Of a DNA stretch of 54,309 nucleotides, positions 1 through 8,153 are shown one piece after another. Where the stretch lies: IMG/VR virus record IMGVR_UViG_3300002446_000376, positions 1 to 54,309 of that record; one strand, written 5' to 3'. Under the pieces are notes generated by a model. It worked only from the letters and a program-made list of their open reading frames with translations. It did not search any database and was not told the origin of the DNA. The position numbers and the translations under genes are program-made. Numbering within the stretch: position 1 is the stretch's first letter; each line of letters opens with the position of its first letter. The DNA is from a virus. Its lineage: Duplodnaviria > Caudoviricetes.

Positions 1-87
1 TTTGCTAAAATCTAAATCAACATACAAAACATCTAATAATTCATCAATTTGTTTATCCGTAACTTGAACATTATAAACTTTTTCCAT
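1..87 (-). CDS. hypothetical protein, runs off window edge
   Basis: Manual translation MEKVYNVQVTDKQIDELLDVLYVDLDFSK; minus-strand promoter upstream. Confidence 0.5.
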   Translation of the reverse strand, partial: MEKVYNVQVTDKQIDELLDVLYVDLDFSK

Positions 88-154
88 ATATTTATTAAGT
101 TATTTATTAGTTTAATTTTTACTTTCTGCGGGCAATTTATACCCTCTATATATT

Positions 155-182
155 AGTATAGGACATTCAATTTCCTTGTCAA
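155..182 (-). promoter_or_regulatory. sigma70-type promoter
   Basis: TTGACA-16 nt-TATACT on minus strand. Confidence 0.55.
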
Positions 183-259
183 GGGGTTATGACCCTATCA
201 ACATCCTATTATACATATATAATTATAGAACATTATTCCAGTTTTTAACCTTAATTTTT

Positions 260-415
260 TTAATTTTCCCCGCCATAATAACATTCTGAAAAAATCATAT
301 TATCCAACATTTCTTCTTCTATCAGATATTTTTCTTCAATTTCAAATTCTTCGGCGGCTATTTCTTCTTCCATTAGCGGAAGCTCTAAAACTTCCTCAAT
401 ACTTTTAGATACCAT
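260..415 (-). CDS. 51-aa highly acidic protein (not in ORF track)
   Basis: MVSKSIEEVLELPLMEEEIAAEEFEIEEKYLIEEEMLDNMIFSECYYGGEN; GGAGG-like RBS at 421-430. Confidence 0.65.
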   Translation of the reverse strand: MVSKSIEEVLELPLMEEEIAAEEFEIEEKYLIEEEMLDNMIFSECYYGGEN

Positions 416-483
416 ATTTTTTCCTCCCCCAATTATTTTATTTTTGAGAGATAATTTTAAGCTTATTTTAGTTTAATTTAGCT

Positions 484-690
484 TTATTTTACGATCTTCC
501 ATTTTCCTTTTCGAGGCGCGGCTATTCCCATTTTCGTAAGATAATATCTAATGTTATCCCCAAACAATCTTCTAATCTCATTATAAGTCATTCCATTATT
601 AATTTGATCTTTAATTTCCGATTCCCATATAGCAGTTTTTTCTTTATTCAGAGCGTTAGGAGTAATAAATTGTTCAAATTGATATTTCAT
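484..690 (-). CDS. small hypothetical protein, possible HTH DNA binder
   Basis: GMTYNEIRRLFG...YYLTKMGI resembles a helix-turn-helix. Confidence 0.5.
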   Translation of the reverse strand: MKYQFEQFITPNALNKEKTAIWESEIKDQINNGMTYNEIRRLFGDNIRYYLTKMGIAAPRKGKWKIVK

Positions 691-697
691 TTTGATT

Positions 698-773
698 GAA
701 AATTAGGATAAAAATTGATTAAAATTAGGATTAAATAGGCTAAATTAAGGCTAAAATAAGGCTAAATTAAGGC
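698..773. repeat. about 7 imperfect 10-11 bp tandem repeats (TAAATTAAGGC-like)
   Basis: aaaattaggat...ttaaataggc taaattaaggc taaaataaggc taaattaaggc. Confidence 0.75.
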
Positions 774-842
774 ATTTTGTAGCACCCACACACGACACAA
801 TTTAATTTTCAGCTATTAATCACTCATTTTTAATCTTAATAT

Positions 843-871
843 TTTACTACCCTAGATTTTTTCTTTATAAT
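843..871 (+). promoter_or_regulatory. class A phage promoter (TTTACTACCC...TATAAT)
   Basis: TTTACT-17-TATAAT, same extended -35 as 6727, 19728, 21264, 42390, 47201. Confidence 0.7.
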
Positions 872-1222
872 AATAGATGTAAAAGGATATATTAGTACAA
901 ACCGCTTTTTTAAGGGTAATTAAGGCTATTTATATCACTTTCCAGCGCAATTTTGAGCTTAAATATAAGAGATTCAGCAATATCGGCGGGCATCCAAATA
1001 AGTCCCATTGCCCGTAAGCGGCTAATTTATATTTATATTCAATAATTGATCTGGTTAACTCTATTATTCGTTTTTTTCAGTTATAAAATATCTTTGATTC
1101 GTGTAACGGTCTAGCCGCCACCGCGATAAATAAGATTTCAAACTAAAAATAAAGGAATGAATAGGGACATCGTTGTTTTAAGTTTGTCACCAAATTTCAA
1201 TTTGGTTTTTTGTGTTTATATT

Positions 1223-1286
1223 ATTTAATTCTTCAGTTTACCGCCGATTGATTTCAAGATTCGGCGGCAATTCTGAAAGATTAAAT
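1223..1286. other. long imperfect hairpin (RNA processing site or terminator)
   Basis: ATTTAAT..TTCAG..CCGCCGA / TCGGCGG..CTGAA..ATTAAAT. Confidence 0.6.
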
Positions 1287-1445
1287 ATTTATTGTTTTTG
1301 TAAAATCCGGCTTCTTTTCTGTATTAGATAATTTATCAAAATTCTTTTCATAACAATCAACACATATTCCGCCGGAAAATAAATTTAACTTTTTAACCTC
1401 TTTTCCGCATTGGCGACACTTTACGATTTCGTATATATTTTCCAT
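1281..1445 (-). CDS. 54-aa zinc-ribbon protein (not in ORF track)
   Basis: MENIYEIVKCRQCGKEVKKLNLFSGGICVDCYEK..., two CxxC; promoter directly upstream. Confidence 0.65.
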   Translation of the reverse strand: MENIYEIVKCRQCGKEVKKLNLFSGGICVDCYEKNFDKLSNTEKKPDFTKTINI

Positions 1446-1476
1446 ATTTTTATATTTTATACTAACTTATACTATA

Positions 1477-1538
1477 ATTATATTCCTATCAGTTTTGTTG
1501 TCAAGAGGCAAAACATTGAAGTTTTCCACATATTGACT
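1477..1538 (-). promoter_or_regulatory. sigma70 promoter with adjacent DnaA-like box
   Basis: Minus TTGACA (1504-1499)-16-TATAAT; TTTTCCACA 1522-1530; TTGACT 1533-1538 on plus. Confidence 0.55.
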
Positions 1539-1767
1539 ATAATTTATTTTTGTTTTTTAATATTTGTATTTTTTTGTGGTATAATTTGTTTTTGTTTTGT
1601 GATTTTGCGTAAATATCAAACGCTTCATTGGCGCGTTTAATTGCTTCTGCTTCGTTAGGCGCAACCGTAAACATACCATCGATTGCCACATATTCATAAG
1701 TTCCCTTGAATAGTCCTTTAATTTTAGGACGGATAAGATTCAACTCTAATAATTTTGTTTTTGTCAT
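1537..1767 (-). CDS. hypothetical early-type protein
   Basis: ORF in leftward cluster, phage-like composition. Confidence 0.55.
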   Translation of the reverse strand: MTKTKLLELNLIRPKIKGLFKGTYEYVAIDGMFTVAPNEAEAIKRANEAFDIYAKSQNKNKLYHKKIQILKNKNKL

Positions 1768-2209
1768 AATTTTATTTTAATTTTCAATTTTAATTTGAAA
1801 ATTTGGTTATAATTTGTTTATTTTCAGATTTTTAAATTCGCGCCATAATTTGAAAATTGATCTATAATTTGTATATGTGTATTTTATCTTTTCAATCTTG
1901 ACAAATCTTAAAAGTAGTTTGTGATTATAAAACATTTTTTTGTTTTGTAAAGTATTGACTTTTATTTTATTTTGTGGTATATATAACATTATTTTTTATT
2001 TTGTCAATAGCCTTCCAAACCCTCACAATTGCCCCGCCTTGCGTCTTTTTGAAATAGCCGATTATTATATCAACTTTTATTTTTTTGTTTGCTGTGGTGC
2101 ATCCTGGAGGCTTGTTTTTGAGGGCATAAAATAACAAAAAACACAATATTGCAAGGTACATTGTGTTTGTCGTTTTGCGTTGGCGTTGCCGCTGTTGACA
2201 AAAGATAAA

Positions 2210-2809
2210 CTATTTATCAATTATTTTGTTCTCTACCAGTTTTTTAATGCTGTTGAGATTCCTCAAAATTAAAATTCTCAAGTCATCATCATCTATCTCC
2301 GAGTCGTACGTGTCAATGAAGGATTTCTCAAGATCAATGAAGCAATGTAACAATTTTTTGTAGTCGTTTGGTTTTTTGTTTGCGCGCCGTTTTAGCTCTT
2401 CAATGAAAGCTAACCGGCATAATTCCACTGTTTGATCAAAATCTTGTACCAGTTTGAAACTATAGTCAATATCCGCATCTTCAATATCATCACTATCCCA
2501 GTCAACACCTTGATCTACTCCTTTCATTGTTTTATCTTGATAAAGCACCATATACCCCCCGCTTCTCCCATTAAAACCTATCGAATAGCCTGGATGCGCG
2601 ATTTTGAAATTTTCAAGAAACTCTTCAAAATTCCAAAAAATGGACTCGCCCGCTATGGCTTCGTAGGCAATATTGCGCAACTCTTGCGGGATGTTGAGAT
2701 TATGAAGCTTGATATTCGTGGCATAACTGTGAGATAAATTCCATTTGTTCATGGTATAACATCGAAAATGATTTTTAAGAAAATCAATTTTTTCTTTTTG
2801 CGTTTCCAT
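2210..2809 (-). CDS. hypothetical phage protein with GFNGRSGGY motif
   Basis: 199-aa ORF, globular composition. Confidence 0.75.
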   Translation of the reverse strand: METQKEKIDFLKNHFRCYTMNKWNLSHSYATNIKLHNLNIPQELRNIAYEAIAGESIFWNFEEFLENFKIAHPGYSIGFNGRSGGYMVLYQDKTMKGVDQGVDWDSDDIEDADIDYSFKLVQDFDQTVELCRLAFIEELKRRANKKPNDYKKLLHCFIDLEKSFIDTYDSEIDDDDLRILILRNLNSIKKLVENKIIDK

Positions 2810-2843
2810 ATTGTGAAAGAGCCCGCCCTTGCTCGGGTGTTAA

Positions 2844-2902
2844 GCAAATTAATTGCTTTATGATCCGGCCATATAGCCGGACAAATAAAACAATCAATTT
2901 GT
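2844..2902. other. long imperfect intergenic hairpin
   Basis: AAATTAATTG..TCCGGC CATATA GCCGGA..CAATCAATTT. Confidence 0.6.
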
Positions 2903-2941
2903 TACCGTCAATCTTTTAAAATCAACGGCAGTATTTAAAAG

Positions 2942-3238
2942 TTAAGATTGCAAAACTTTCAAAATGTTTCCAAAGTCTTTTCCTTTTGATAGCTTCAGCA
3001 TTTTCCTTTGCGGCATCGCAACATCGGCAAGAGTATAATCAATTATAACGTCAAGATTTTCAATTTTTCTTAAGGTTTCAAAATGATTTTCTACTTTGCC
3101 AAATGTATCGGCATAAATATCTTGTAACTTCAACAGATCAAGATTCTTGGATATAATCGTTACATCATAATACCGATAAGCCCAATTGGTATTATAAGAT
3201 TTCGAATATCCAACCGCTTTGATTATTATGTGGTTCAT
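2942..3238 (-). CDS. hypothetical protein
   Basis: ORF 2942-3301, probable start at MNHIII. Confidence 0.6.
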   Translation of the reverse strand: MNHIIIKAVGYSKSYNTNWAYRYYDVTIISKNLDLLKLQDIYADTFGKVENHFETLRKIENLDVIIDYTLADVAMPQRKMLKLSKGKDFGNILKVLQS

Positions 3239-3504
3239 CTTTTTATTTACCCGTTTATTTTTTCGCGGGCAGTTTTTTATTTTATATTGTGCAAAATGCA
3301 AAAATCTACAAAATCACAATGCCCGATTATGCCAATGATGGCATAGAATAGCACAACCCCGGCGATAGCTATCATTGTCGACCTTATAGCTTGCCGCCGT
3401 TTGGTTTGCTTATTGATCCGATATATCCCCATTGATTTAATCATATTTTCCGGCGGTGTTGCCGTCCGGTGTTATGGTTTTATTTTATCAAATTGATTTT
3501 ATTG

Positions 3505-3543
3505 TGTCAATAGGTAAAGCCCTAAGTTATCCACATCTTGACA
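3505..3543. promoter_or_regulatory. back-to-back -35 elements around a perfect DnaA box at the strand switch
   Basis: TGTCAA 3505-3510, TTATCCACA 3527-3535, TTGACA 3538-3543. Confidence 0.55.
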
Positions 3544-3929
3544 TTATTATAATGTTGTGTTGTATAAGAACACATCCGGCTCATATAGTCAATAGAGCAT
3601 TTTAAAAAAGCATAGGCGCATTTTTTGAAAACCGTGATACTATGATACTTTTTATAATACTATAATAATCTTTTGTCAAGATGTTTACATTTTTTATTAT
3701 TTGTGTTGTAGTATTGATAAAAAAGATAAGAAATAGATCGTGCCCGAAAGCAGCAAGAAAAAAAAACACGACCATTTTTTGGGCTTATAGCACCCTAAAA
3801 TCTCCGAAATCAAAATTATCTAAAAGGGAATATACGTTTATAGAACATTTTAAAATCTCCGAAACTATTTTTTTGTAAATAAGAACATATTAGTATAGGA
3901 CATTTATCATAAAAGATAGGAAAAGATAT

Positions 3930-3958
3930 TTGCAATATTATATAACGTATGCTATATA
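3930..3958 (+). promoter_or_regulatory. class B promoter
   Basis: TTGCAA-17-TATATA with TG extension (TATGCTATATAT); repeated at 5979 and 16008. Confidence 0.65.
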
Positions 3959-3995
3959 TTAAATAAAGGTCGGAGGAAATTAAATAAAACAATAT

Positions 3996-4376
3996 ATGAA
4001 ACTTAAAGTTGGTGATGAAGTTAAAATAGTTTGGGACGATAAGGGAAGCACTGAATATATTAATAAAATTGGAAAAATATTATCGGTTTCCCCTGATTAT
4101 TTGTATCCATATCGTTTAGAAAACATTTCTGTTAGTTTTAAAGAGGAAGAATTAGAATTAATAAATAAAAATATGAACATCAAAGAACAATTTACGTTAG
4201 CAATGACACCAGAACCGCAAAAATCTTTTCGTAAGGTAGGCATTACAAATGGAGATAATATTTTAACTGAGGATGGTATGAAGATTTATCTTAGTTGGAG
4301 ATTGATGAAAGATGCGACTGAGTTTAAGAAGGAAATCGTTGATGATATGGTCGCCGAACTTGAAAAGTCAAAGTAA
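3996..4376 (+). CDS. hypothetical protein with N-terminal SH3/KOW-like domain
   Basis: MKLKVGDEVKI...IGKI...FKEEELEL pattern. Confidence 0.7.
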   Translation: MKLKVGDEVKIVWDDKGSTEYINKIGKILSVSPDYLYPYRLENISVSFKEEELELINKNMNIKEQFTLAMTPEPQKSFRKVGITNGDNILTEDGMKIYLSWRLMKDATEFKKEIVDDMVAELEKSK

Positions 4377-4449
4377 TTAAAATCAAAGGGAAAGCAGATT
4401 CATTATCTGTCTTTCTCACAATTAAAATTTCTGATAAGAAATTAAAAAA

Positions 4450-4502
4450 GGGGGTAGTGTTTGTATATAAAGGGCTAAATTTTTATTTTTTTAAAAAAAT
4501 TT
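4450..4502. repeat. intergenic GGGGT repeat, diverged copy
   Basis: GGGGGTAGTGTTTGTATA...AAATTTTTATTTTTTTAAAAAAATTT. Confidence 0.45.
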
Positions 4503-4549
4503 AACGCTAGCCGAAATTTTTGAAAATTAAACTAAACTAAATTAAATTT

Positions 4550-4699
4550 ATGGAATTATCAATATTACTTGTTATGTTTGTTATTTCGGGATTAGGTATT
4601 GGATTGATTGTTAGTGGGAAGGCATTTAAAAATAAGAAATTAGAATTGCTTGTGTATTTTTTGCTTGCTATTGAGTGGTGTTTATTTTGTTTTAATTAA
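4550..4699 (+). CDS. 49-aa two-helix membrane protein
   Basis: Manual translation MELSILLVMFVISGLGIGLIVSG...LLVYFLLAIEWCLFCFN. Confidence 0.5.
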   Translation: MELSILLVMFVISGLGIGLIVSGKAFKNKKLELLVYFLLAIEWCLFCFN

Positions 4700-4707
4700 T
4701 TAAAATT

Positions 4708-5103
4708 ATGGGTTGGTCTATTGGTTACGATAACAACTGGTCACGCGATATAGGTTATGGTGTCCCTGCTTTTTGCGATTATCCTGGTTGTAATAAAAAA
4801 ATTGATAGAGGGTTAAGTTATGTTTGCGGAGGCAATGCGCCTTATGGTGGAGAAAATGGGCGTGGATTATATTTTTGTGAAGAACATATGTTTTATCATT
4901 CTTTCAGAAATGGCGATAGCGGGCGATATTGCAAACGAGGTATAAGACATAGAGCACCGTATAAACCTAAACCAGAACATCCTGATTGGATTAAATGGAA
5001 ATTAACGGATAAGAGTTGGGAAGAGTGGCGAAAAAACAATCCTGAAGAAGTAATTAAATTAAAAAATAGTTTAAAAAATAGTTTAAAAAATTATGAGAAA
5101 TAA
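4708..5103 (+). CDS. conserved Cys/His-rich phage hypothetical protein
   Basis: MGWSIGYD..RDIGYGVPAFCDYPGC..IDRGLSYVCGG. Confidence 0.75.
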   Translation: MGWSIGYDNNWSRDIGYGVPAFCDYPGCNKKIDRGLSYVCGGNAPYGGENGRGLYFCEEHMFYHSFRNGDSGRYCKRGIRHRAPYKPKPEHPDWIKWKLTDKSWEEWRKNNPEEVIKLKNSLKNSLKNYEK

Positions 5104-5299
5104 AACTTGGTATTGGAATTTATGGTGGGATTTTGCTTATATGTTTGATTTATATAAATTAAATTGGATATTTACAAGGCAAGTAAAATATTCTTTTATA
5201 GAAAAATGGATTATATACGGCAGGGTCGCTGTGAAATTGACATTAGTTATATATATGTTTTTGCTCGGCACTGAAATTGGAAAATGGTTACTTTCTTAA
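5093..5299 (+). CDS. small membrane protein
   Basis: Trp-rich N-terminus, hydrophobic C-terminus. Confidence 0.5.
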   Translation: MRNKTWYWNLWWDFAYMFDLYKLNWIFTRQVKYSFIEKWIIYGRVAVKLTLVIYMFLLGTEIGKWLLS

Positions 5300-5302
5300 A
5301 AC

Positions 5303-5357
5303 AAGGGGTGGTGTTTTATAGAACAACAGTCAAAATTTTTTTCGCTAAAAAATTTCA
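5303..5357. repeat. intergenic GGGGT repeat
   Basis: GGGGTGGTGTTTTATAGAACAACAGTCAAAATTTTTTT, near-identical to 5879-5933. Confidence 0.75.
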
Positions 5358-5385
5358 ATTATTTTAACTGTCAATAAAAGAATAT

Positions 5386-5547
5386 ATGAAAAAATTCAAT
5401 TATTATATAATAACTACTCAAAATTATCTTTCAGAAGATAGATTAAATGAGTTGGGGGAGCAAGGATGGGAATTGATTATTTTTGAACCTCCTCACGAAT
5501 TAGATGAAGCTTATTTTTATAGATTTATATTTAAAAAAGAAATATGA
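5386..5547 (+). CDS. DUF4177-like small protein
   Basis: Manual translation contains LNELGEQGWELI..FIFKK. Confidence 0.65.
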   Translation: MKKFNYYIITTQNYLSEDRLNELGEQGWELIIFEPPHELDEAYFYRFIFKKEI

Positions 5548-5777
5548 AATATTGTCCTAACTGTGGTTCCCAATTAAAACAAGAATTAGTCGGCGCGGAA
5601 GAAATAAAGAGATGTTATTCAAGTTGTGTTCTGCCTGGCATTGATTGTTATTGCCCAGAATCTCCTTTTGATGAAAAGTCGGGCAAGCGTAAATATGCTT
5701 ATAAATACACTTGTCCAAAAAAGAGATGGTATAATAATTGTGTTTGTTATGTCGAAGATAAAATAATATATGAATAA
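5544..5777 (+). CDS. zinc-ribbon protein
   Basis: MKYCPNCG, Cys-rich. Confidence 0.65.
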   Translation: MKYCPNCGSQLKQELVGAEEIKRCYSSCVLPGIDCYCPESPFDEKSGKRKYAYKYTCPKKRWYNNCVCYVEDKIIYE

Positions 5778-5878
5778 AATTGAAAATATTGCTTATATAT
5801 TGATTCAGTGTGTTCTTTGCGTTATAATTGTTGATTGTCTTATTATATTTCTTGCCTGTTTATTTGGTTTTATAAAAT

Positions 5879-5933
5879 AGGGGGTGGCATTTTATAGAAC
5901 AACAGTAAAAATTTTTTTGCTGTAAAAAATTCA
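5879..5933. repeat. intergenic GGGGT repeat
   Basis: GGGGTGGCATTTTATAGAACAACAGTAAAAATTTTTTT. Confidence 0.75.
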
Positions 5934-5978
5934 GTAAAACAAAAACATAGTAATATAAAACAAGTATGTAAAAACATA

Positions 5979-6007
5979 TTGCATTATTTATTAAAGTATG
6001 CTATATA
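5979..6007 (+). promoter_or_regulatory. class B promoter
   Basis: TTGCAT-17-TATATA with TG extension. Confidence 0.65.
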
Positions 6008-6013
6008 TAAAAT

Positions 6014-6170
6014 ATTGGAGTGGCGGAAAAATAACGCACCATCTGCGAGAGATGGCACGGAAGCAGGTAAATCATCGCTAAATCCATTAAGCCTTCCATG
6101 CAAGGCAGTTGCACTCCTATATATCTGGCTGATGCCAGTGAGTAGAACCGTTGAGTCCTTGCCTCCAATA
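6014..6170 (+). ncRNA. enlarged tRNA-like structured RNA
   Basis: ATTGGAG/CTCCAAT closing stem, GCG/CGC D-like arm, CCATCT/AGATGG, GGAAG/CTTCC, GCAAGG/CCTTGC T-like stem; begins at the predicted transcription start. Confidence 0.55.
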
Positions 6171-6178
6171 ATAAATTT

Positions 6179-6448
6179 ATGAAAATACCAAATTTTCTAA
6201 CTATTGATATTCATCCCGACCACGATTTTTATTTAGATATTGGAGCTGGAAAAATGAAATATCAAGAGATTGAATCAGATTATGTTCTCAGTGAATTTAT
6301 TAGATATTGTTTAGAACATCCTAAAGAACGTTTCTGGCAAGCTCTTAGAAACTTTTCAAAGGCAGATTATATTCTGCATAAAGTCGGCGAAAAAGAAGAA
6401 GATACCTTTTATTGGAATAATATAAATAAAAAATATGGAAACATATAA
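6179..6448 (+). CDS. hypothetical protein
   Basis: ORF with HPKERFWQALRNF. Confidence 0.7.
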   Translation: MKIPNFLTIDIHPDHDFYLDIGAGKMKYQEIESDYVLSEFIRYCLEHPKERFWQALRNFSKADYILHKVGEKEEDTFYWNNINKKYGNI

Positions 6449-6713
6449 AACAAAAATTAAAAAGATAAATAAGTATTTTCAGGAGTATTTAGAATTGATT
6501 GGCTCCGACCATCATAAAACTTGTGATGGAGTATGGGAAATTCATTTTGATTATAATGGTTATGATGATAATCCGAATGTGAGTGTTTGGTCGGTTGAAC
6601 ACGATGGATATATCAACAGATTTTGCTCGCTCGGCAACGATTTGGAAAATCAACTTGATAGTTTTTTGAAAGAAGTAAAGAAGTGGATTAAGGTTGAAAA
6701 AGATAAAAAATAG
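6435..6713 (+). CDS. hypothetical protein
   Basis: ORF overlapping upstream stop. Confidence 0.7.
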   Translation: METYKTKIKKINKYFQEYLELIGSDHHKTCDGVWEIHFDYNGYDDNPNVSVWSVEHDGYINRFCSLGNDLENQLDSFLKEVKKWIKVEKDKK

Positions 6714-6726
6714 CTTTATTTTTTGT

Positions 6727-6755
6727 TTTACTACCTTCAATATAAATGATATAAT
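6727..6755 (+). promoter_or_regulatory. class A promoter
   Basis: TTTACT(ACC)-17-TATAAT with TG extension. Confidence 0.7.
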
Positions 6756-6762
6756 AGATATA

Positions 6763-6953
6763 TAGAGGGTCGCTCTAAACGGATTTTGATCGACGCTATA
6801 CGGCGTTTGATGAAATAAACAAAACAGGGAAGGCAATGACTCGTTTTCTGACAAAATTATTCAAAAGTAACTAAGGACAGTCGTTCAACGACGATTAGGA
6901 TGAACAAAATGTTCTGGGGTAGGGTTACCAGCCAGACAACAAAATTGCCCATC
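6763..6953 (+). ncRNA. candidate structured RNA leader
   Basis: GC-richer, no plus-strand ORF, several hairpins (TAGAG/CTCTA, GACGC/GCGTT, GTCGT/ACGAC, TCTGG/CCAGA). Confidence 0.4.
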
Positions 6954-6954
6954 A

Positions 6955-7029
6955 GCGGATATAGAGGATTGGTATTCTCATCGCTCTCATAAGGTGCATA
7001 AGTGTAGTGTTTGATTCCTACTATCCGCA
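6955..7029 (+). tRNA. degenerate tRNA with CAT anticodon (Met/Ile2-like, possibly pseudo)
   Basis: Acceptor GCGGATA/TATCCGC, D stem GAGG/TCTC, loop CTCATAA; weak anticodon stem, bulged T arm, no encoded CCA. Confidence 0.6.
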
Positions 7030-7178
7030 CAGATTTTAATTTTTATATATGACATATTATTGTGAAAAATGTTGTAAGGAACTTAATGTTGAAAAAGAAG
7101 GTACTAAATTATGTTTGTCGTGCCAGTTTGATTTTGTTAGTGATAAATGGAAAACTAAAATAGATAAAATAGAAATAT

Positions 7179-7406
7179 ATGAACAAAATAAAGAAGATAT
7201 TTAGTTATGTTTTATATGTTTTAGTATGTATTTTATGTTTTTATATTGGTTTGTTAGACTGTAAAAAAGTTATATTGTCAGATGAGATAAAGATGTGTGA
7301 ATTAAAAGGTGGCGAGTTTTCATTACGATATAATAGGTATTTACAAGAATATCAAACAGAATGTGAATTGCCCGCCAAAACTATTTTTGAAAATACTTAT
7401 AAATGA
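7179..7406 (+). CDS. small membrane-anchored protein
   Basis: N-terminal TM helix, CELKGG motif. Confidence 0.6.
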   Translation: MNKIKKIFSYVLYVLVCILCFYIGLLDCKKVILSDEIKMCELKGGEFSLRYNRYLQEYQTECELPAKTIFENTYK

Positions 7407-7455
7407 CGTGTATAGTGTTACTATTTAATATACATAATATTTACATATTAAAAAC

Positions 7456-7626
7456 ATGAGCCGGACTTATAAAGATAAACATAAGAAAGTCAATATAAGA
7501 AAAAAAGTAGGAAAATATACAAAAGAAGAACAGTTTCATAATCGTCATAAATTAGAAGAATTAACAGACAGCCCGCCAGTTGGTTACATTCGTAAAATGT
7601 TAGCCGATAGATGGTATTGGGATTAA
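7456..7626 (+). CDS. 56-aa basic protein (MSRTYK...WYWD)
   Basis: Manual translation, not in ORF track. Confidence 0.55.
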   Translation: MSRTYKDKHKKVNIRKKVGKYTKEEQFHNRHKLEELTDSPPVGYIRKMLADRWYWD

Positions 7627-7740
7627 AAAATATGAAAGAATTATTGTTATTTTTATTGGCTTATTTAGGAATTTTTTTATGGTGTTTTATTTTTGTTTCT
7701 GGTATTTGGTTTTGGACTAAAATTATATTTAGATAAAAAT

Positions 7741-8100
7741 ATGGAAATTACAAAAGATGAAAAATATCTTATAATCAAGGTTCCTTTAAAACAGGACATA
7801 TATAATCCATATATGGATGAAGTCGTTGGAAAAATGGATAATATAGTTGGTGTGATTGAGGGAGATGATTTTGGATTTGCCAATTATATAGATATGTCTT
7901 ATAAAAACAAGGGACCGCAATTAACACCAATGTTTTTACATTTTTGGGATGGTGAGGTTGATGTTTTTAAGACTCTGTGTAAAGAATTAGGAATAGATAT
8001 TTATGAATATCCTATTTGTTCTAAATGTGGCAAGCCGATTTACGGTGCTTACACTTGGAAAGAAGGAGGAGAAGTTTGTTTTAAGTGCGACCGTAGCTAA
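7741..8100 (+). CDS. hypothetical protein with C-terminal zinc finger
   Basis: Probable start MEITK; CSKC...CFKC. Confidence 0.7.
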   Translation: MEITKDEKYLIIKVPLKQDIYNPYMDEVVGKMDNIVGVIEGDDFGFANYIDMSYKNKGPQLTPMFLHFWDGEVDVFKTLCKELGIDIYEYPICSKCGKPIYGAYTWKEGGEVCFKCDRS

Positions 8101-8153
8101 TTAATTATAAAAACGCTCAAAATTTAAGGAGAGTGTTTTTATTTTCTCTGAAA

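Noticed and set aside
5059-5091. Short AGTTTAAAAAAT duplication
   Set aside because: Trivial slippage repeat at a gene end.
698-5933. CRISPR array
   Set aside because: Repeats are either tandem without spacers or separated by whole genes; no cas genes.
5979-6182. 67-aa ORF
   Set aside because: Its TTG start is the -35 of a promoter and the region is better explained as structured RNA.
6489-6854. 121-aa minus-strand ORF
   Set aside because: Antisense to a credible gene and promoter; no motif.
6765-7029. tmRNA
   Set aside because: The 5' end only loosely resembles GGGG..GGATTCGAC and does not pair with the 3' acceptor strand, which pairs within the tRNA itself.
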